This document shows, piece after piece, positions 25,000 through 28,315 of a stretch of DNA of 28,315 nt. The stretch covers positions 1 through 28,315 of IMG/VR virus record IMGVR_UViG_3300012953_000161; one strand, given 5' to 3'. How positions within the stretch are numbered: the first letter of the stretch is position 1; each line of letters opens with the position of its first letter. The position numbers and the translations under genes were made by a program. Source of the stretch: a virus (Duplodnaviria > Caudoviricetes). The notes below the pieces were generated by a model. The model was not told the DNA's origin, searched no databases, and saw nothing but the letters and a program-made list of their open reading frames with translations.

Positions 25000-26645
25000 C
25001 GGAATTCCCACATGTAGGCTCTGTCGCCGTATTCATCAGTATGCCATACATCGCCCTCTTTGTCAACGAAAGTTTCCTCATTCAGTCCGTCATCAACGAA
25101 ACCAAAGGGTGCCATGTCTGCTTCAATCTGCTCTTTCTGCTCTTGATACAGACGTGCTCTAACGTCATTGTCGTGCAACTCTCTAAAATAATCAGATGTT
25201 GCTAACCAACTAAAGATAACAATACACATGGCAAGATCGTCATTACAACCGTCTTCCGCTTCCCATGCTTGACCTTTCTGTATGAATGTAGTTAACTCTG
25301 CTATTATATCATAATCTTGGAAGATTAGTTTGTCTGTTTCAATTAGTGTCTTCATATTAGAACACCCAGTCTTCTTAACAGTGGTGCTCATCTTGACTCC
25401 TAGTTGTGTCTTACTCCCTGAGAATCCTTGCCCCACAACCTGTCCTGCTCTTCCCCGCATAGCACACATAAGAAGATTATCATACTCAAGATCATACTGT
25501 AATATGTCCGCAACCTGCCCGCCAATATCATTTACCTCTGCCATAATATACGCATGGTTATAATTCACTGCAACCTGATGTATGATATTAGGAAATAGCA
25601 TAGGTTTAATTATATTATTCCTATACTTTGCCACGATCCGATAGGGAATAGTCGTCGTATCAAATACTAGAAACGCTGAATAGTCCTTAGTCAGACCTCG
25701 TGCCACGTCAACTGTCATCACATATGTGTGATCTTCAATAGGTGCCTCGTATACATCAAGTCCTGAGTTAGATGTAATAGGATCTTCATACGTCATGATC
25801 TTTAACTTAGTTGACGTAATCAATGTATTTACAGATCCTAGAAACTCACATTCAAATTCTTGGTTAAACTGCTCTTCAGATGTGTTGGCAATAGTTTGCT
25901 CTCGCCACAAAGCATCTCGACCTGGCACTTCAGACCAGTGCACTTCTGTAGTTACATATTCATTTCTCTTCAACTCTGCATCATGCCAGAGTTTGTAAAA
26001 CATATTCATCCCCTTAGGTGTGGAGATGATAATTACCTTGGTAGATTTACCAGAGGATATAGTTGGATAAACAGAGCTAAAAAACTCATCAGCAATATGA
26101 GTTGGAATAAAGGCGAATTCATCGAGAAATATAATATTAAACGACATACCCCTAACAGCAGAAGCAGAAGTAGATGCAGCCATGATCTTACTTCCATTCT
26201 CCAATTCCAGTGATCCTCTGTTCCAGTTGACGACTCCTTGTTGGAGCCATTTGGGGAGGTTTTCATATGATAATTGTAGACGTTGCAACATCTCACGAGC
26301 AGTCGCTGCCTTGTTAGCAAGGATCGCTACGTTAACGTTGTCATTAAAAATAGAATACCACAACAGATAGGCAGTAACAACTGTTGACTTACCTGACTGT
26401 CGTGGTAGTTTTGCAATATTAAATCTATTGTCGTGAAACTTATTAACCATATCCGCTTGAAACGGATACAATGTAAATGGCACTAGACCTAGATCAAGAG
26501 AGATGATCTGGATATAGTTAGTAATAAAATAAACAGGATCCTTACTACACTTGACAAACTCTGCAACTTCTTTAGGGGAAAAGTTTTGTGCAACGTTTGC
26601 CCTTTTGAGATTGGGATTGCCTAGATATATGTCCTGTGTACTCAT
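24996..26645 (-). CDS. g17: terminase large subunit gp17
   Basis: YLGNPNLK, RQSGKST, IIFLDEFAF, ISTPKG, VDVARG...DYSAF and NDDLAM. Confidence 0.98.
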   Translation of the reverse strand: MSTQDIYLGNPNLKRANVAQNFSPKEVAEFVKCSKDPVYFITNYIQIISLDLGLVPFTLYPFQADMVNKFHDNRFNIAKLPRQSGKSTVVTAYLLWYSIFNDNVNVAILANKAATAREMLQRLQLSYENLPKWLQQGVVNWNRGSLELENGSKIMAASTSASAVRGMSFNIIFLDEFAFIPTHIADEFFSSVYPTISSGKSTKVIIISTPKGMNMFYKLWHDAELKRNEYVTTEVHWSEVPGRDALWREQTIANTSEEQFNQEFECEFLGSVNTLITSTKLKIMTYEDPITSNSGLDVYEAPIEDHTYVMTVDVARGLTKDYSAFLVFDTTTIPYRIVAKYRNNIIKPMLFPNIIHQVAVNYNHAYIMAEVNDIGGQVADILQYDLEYDNLLMCAMRGRAGQVVGQGFSGSKTQLGVKMSTTVKKTGCSNMKTLIETDKLIFQDYDIIAELTTFIQKGQAWEAEDGCNDDLAMCIVIFSWLATSDYFRELHDNDVRARLYQEQKEQIEADMAPFGFVDDGLNEETFVDKEGDVWHTDEYGDRAYMWEFR

Positions 26646-26863
26646 AACTCCGTAAATGCGTGCTCTTTTTTCATGGCATATAATCTAAGTTTCATGATCA
26701 TCAAGTAGTCTTTCTCCATCTTCGGTCGAATACTACCATCCCATGTATCTAATGCATAACAAACATGATCATACATTAAATTAACTTCATCAATACCCAT
26801 ATTCATAGAACAATACCAATCACCTTCTTCCAAATCTATATCGATATAAGATGAATCGGACAT
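26642..26863 (-). CDS. hypothetical protein, 73 aa
   Basis: Abuts the upstream stop and is ATGA-coupled to g17. Confidence 0.7.
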   Translation of the reverse strand: MSDSSYIDIDLEEGDWYCSMNMGIDEVNLMYDHVCYALDTWDGSIRPKMEKDYLMIMKLRLYAMKKEHAFTEL

Positions 26864-27079
26864 TTATCTGCCTAAGAAATAGTGATTAATAACTTCTATT
26901 TTTTCATGTGCCTGTGCAATAGCAGTGATTTCCGTTTCTATTGCTGCCATAATATCTGAATGCTCACCAATACCTACAGGTTGGTTGAGATAGATTTCCA
27001 CATTCTGCTGATGCTTTGCAATCAAACCATTGTAATATGTGATTTGATTATTAAGAATGTCATCACGCAAGTTTACCAT
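26864..27079 (-). CDS. conserved hypothetical protein, 71 aa
   Basis: H..NVEIYL..PVGIGEHSDIM.AIE.E motif recalled from marine phages. Confidence 0.75.
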   Translation of the reverse strand: MVNLRDDILNNQITYYNGLIAKHQQNVEIYLNQPVGIGEHSDIMAAIETEITAIAQAHEKIEVINHYFLGR

Positions 27080-27082
27080 AAA

Positions 27083-27550
27083 TTAACCTTCATTAAGTGT
27101 GCCAAAAGATCTACGAATTTCTCGTAGTGCTTCTAAGTCCATGTTTTTTGTACCTCCATCATATGCGTGAGCATATCCTTCGGTAATCATCTGCTCATTG
27201 AGAGACACATCTGAATCCCCAATGTAAAGCCAGCCAAGAAGACGACCATACTTCCCCATACCACCAACGAGCTCAGTCCTAATGACAAGATCATCTTCGC
27301 CTTCGATCGCTCCTTCGAGTTTCTCTTTGATCCACTCAGTCGCATCAAGTCCAAGTGCTTTCTCCTCTAGATTTCTTGTCCTCTTCTCAGGGGTATCAAC
27401 TCCTGCTACACGTACTCTTTCTTTTTTACTAAGATCGAAGCCTAAGTCTATTGTAACATCTATTGTGTCACCGTCAACTACCCTGTTGATCTCCGTCACT
27501 CGGAAGTTGTAACAACTCTTCCGACTCGGTGGGGTCATCGCTCCCATCAT
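27083..27550 (-). CDS. thermonuclease (SNase-like) family nuclease
   Basis: VVDGDTID, RVRVAGVDTPE, GKYGRLLG and LNEQMITEGYA. Confidence 0.88.
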   Translation of the reverse strand: MMGAMTPPSRKSCYNFRVTEINRVVDGDTIDVTIDLGFDLSKKERVRVAGVDTPEKRTRNLEEKALGLDATEWIKEKLEGAIEGEDDLVIRTELVGGMGKYGRLLGWLYIGDSDVSLNEQMITEGYAHAYDGGTKNMDLEALREIRRSFGTLNEG

Positions 27551-27650
27551 TCATCTCCTCATACGCATACTTCATTATATAGGCTATCAATATTGTCACA
27601 CTTATGACAAGTATGAGCACCATTATATTAACTGAGTGTACGACTGTCAT
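27474..27650 (-). CDS. 58-aa single-TM protein with acidic tail (MTVVHSVNIMVLILVISVTILIAYIMKYAYEEMNDGSDD...)
   Basis: Read by hand; fills the 27551-27627 gap and overlaps the nuclease start by 77 nt. Confidence 0.6.
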   Translation of the reverse strand: MTVVHSVNIMVLILVISVTILIAYIMKYAYEEMNDGSDDPTESEELLQLPSDGDQQGS

Positions 27651-27804
27651 CTTTTAATGATGCGAGATAGTCAATCCACCACTGTGGATCTTTATTACTT
27701 TTCCATAATGGGACAGGCAGTCCACGCTCAACAACATAGTATTGGTGGATAACCTTATCGATAGTCTGTGCGATCTGTAAATTCTTCTTCCTCTTCGTCA
27801 ACAT
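27628..27804 (-). CDS. hypothetical protein (start uncertain)
   Basis: C-terminal part QYYVVERG.PVP.W...DPQWWIDYL occupies the gap between two ORFs. Confidence 0.5.
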   Translation of the reverse strand: MLTKRKKNLQIAQTIDKVIHQYYVVERGLPVPLWKSNKDPQWWIDYLASLKDDSRTLS

Positions 27805-27976
27805 CCGCATACGGATTTGCCACATATGGTCCTCGCTTTCTGAATTTTTCTTTGCTAACATAGATCGTCTCGTTGTTTATAGCGGACATCCACACAGCAA
27901 TTTTCATCACTATGTATATTGCAACTAGTGGCAAAAAACATGCTATTAATATAAATTGGGATTTGAATGCAATCAT
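27755..27976 (-). CDS. 73-aa membrane-anchored protein with acidic tail
   Basis: N-terminal TM (FILIACFLPLVAIYIVMKIAVW) and NPYADVDEEEEEF tail. Confidence 0.7.
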   Translation of the reverse strand: MIAFKSQFILIACFLPLVAIYIVMKIAVWMSAINNETIYVSKEKFRKRGPYVANPYADVDEEEEEFTDRTDYR

Positions 27977-27980
27977 TAGT

Positions 27981-28007
27981 AAAAAGAAAGGGTCTTGTTA
28001 GACCCTT
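27981..28007 (-). terminator. rho-independent terminator
   Basis: AAGGGTCT-AACA-AGACCCTT stem followed by TCTTTTT. Confidence 0.75.
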
Positions 28008-28020
28008 GTTTAGTTATATA

Positions 28021-28293
28021 TTAACACTTCCATTTGCGAAGTGCGAGTGCTTTTCGGGTCGGTCTCCCTTTCTCATCTTTCATAGGTCCTTTGACACCAC
28101 CCATTCGTGCACAGAATGACCTCTTCCTAGGTCCTCCCTTAGGTTGTGGTGCTTTTAAATCGCTGCCAGGATTCTCACGCTCATAAGACTTACGTCCTTT
28201 TTCATTGAGACCACCTGTCTTATTCTTACCTTCCTTCCTCTGCCATGCAGATTCGTGAAACTGTTGGAATGTTTTTATGCTGCTGCTTGACAT
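28021..28293 (-). CDS. small basic DUF6321-like protein, candidate internal head protein
   Basis: AWQRKEGKN..GGLNEKGRKSYERENPGSDLKAP...SFCARM.G...ALRKWKC; N-terminal KTFQQFHE. Confidence 0.75.
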   Translation of the reverse strand: MSSSSIKTFQQFHESAWQRKEGKNKTGGLNEKGRKSYERENPGSDLKAPQPKGGPRKRSFCARMGGVKGPMKDEKGRPTRKALALRKWKC

Positions 28294-28315
28294 GTTGGAT
28301 TCTTAGGACAGTTTG

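Noticed and set aside
4960-26320. Nested minus-strand alternate-frame ORFs (4960-5190, 6325-6564, 8482-8706, 9796-10050, 12330-12527, 14647-14883, 16369-16563, 19633-19935, 21891-22118, 23216-23422, 26033-26320)
   Set aside because: They lie inside or largely overlap better-supported genes and have no independent support.
14630-26645. Introns, inteins or homing endonucleases in g17, g18, g20 or g23
   Set aside because: The frames are continuous with no splicing motifs, and the extra length of gp18 is explained by inserted domains.
891-27512. All plus-strand ORFs in the track
   Set aside because: They lie antisense to well-supported genes, have no recognisable motifs and are typical shadow frames.
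28306-28315. GGACAGTTTG as a third dyad copy on the plus strand
   Set aside because: It is truncated by the window edge; on the minus strand there is no TATAAT at the 29-nt spacing.
1-28315. CRISPR arrays, tRNAs, rRNAs, transposases
   Set aside because: There is almost no intergenic space, and I saw no repeat-spacer pattern, cloverleaf or transposase motif by eye; dedicated scans were not run.

Overview
This window is a segment of a T4-like marine cyanomyovirus genome; a Prochlorococcus-type host is suggested by the PsbN C-terminus. Every credible gene is on the minus strand. Reading right to left in transcription order: a variable island of small ORFs (DUF6321-like basic protein, SNase-like nuclease), terminase large subunit g17, a second island with a PsbN-like gene, then g18-g19-g20-(small acidic prohead protein)-g21-g22-g23. 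Next come a four-ORF island, g3, uvsY, uvsW, g55, g47 and g46. These are followed by a HEXXH/VWA protein, a PDG-like protein, a CobS/MoxR AAA+ ATPase and a DUF3310-like protein, then g45, g44 and two tandem 2OG-Fe(II) oxygenases. Nine short or edge-truncated ORFs absent from the supplied track were read by hand, and T4-type late promoters, a sigma70 promoter for g55 and two terminators were located. Highlights: (1) a dyad-plus-TATAAT promoter element repeated with identical 29-nt spacing before the VWA/peptidase gene and before cobS; (2) a T4 capsid-targeting-like N-terminus on the DUF6321-like protein; (3) PsbN with a two-cysteine N-terminal extension; (4) a tandem domain duplication in the tail sheath; (5) many single-TM microproteins, several translationally coupled to core genes. 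Family assignments come from recognised motifs and synteny; no database search was run.
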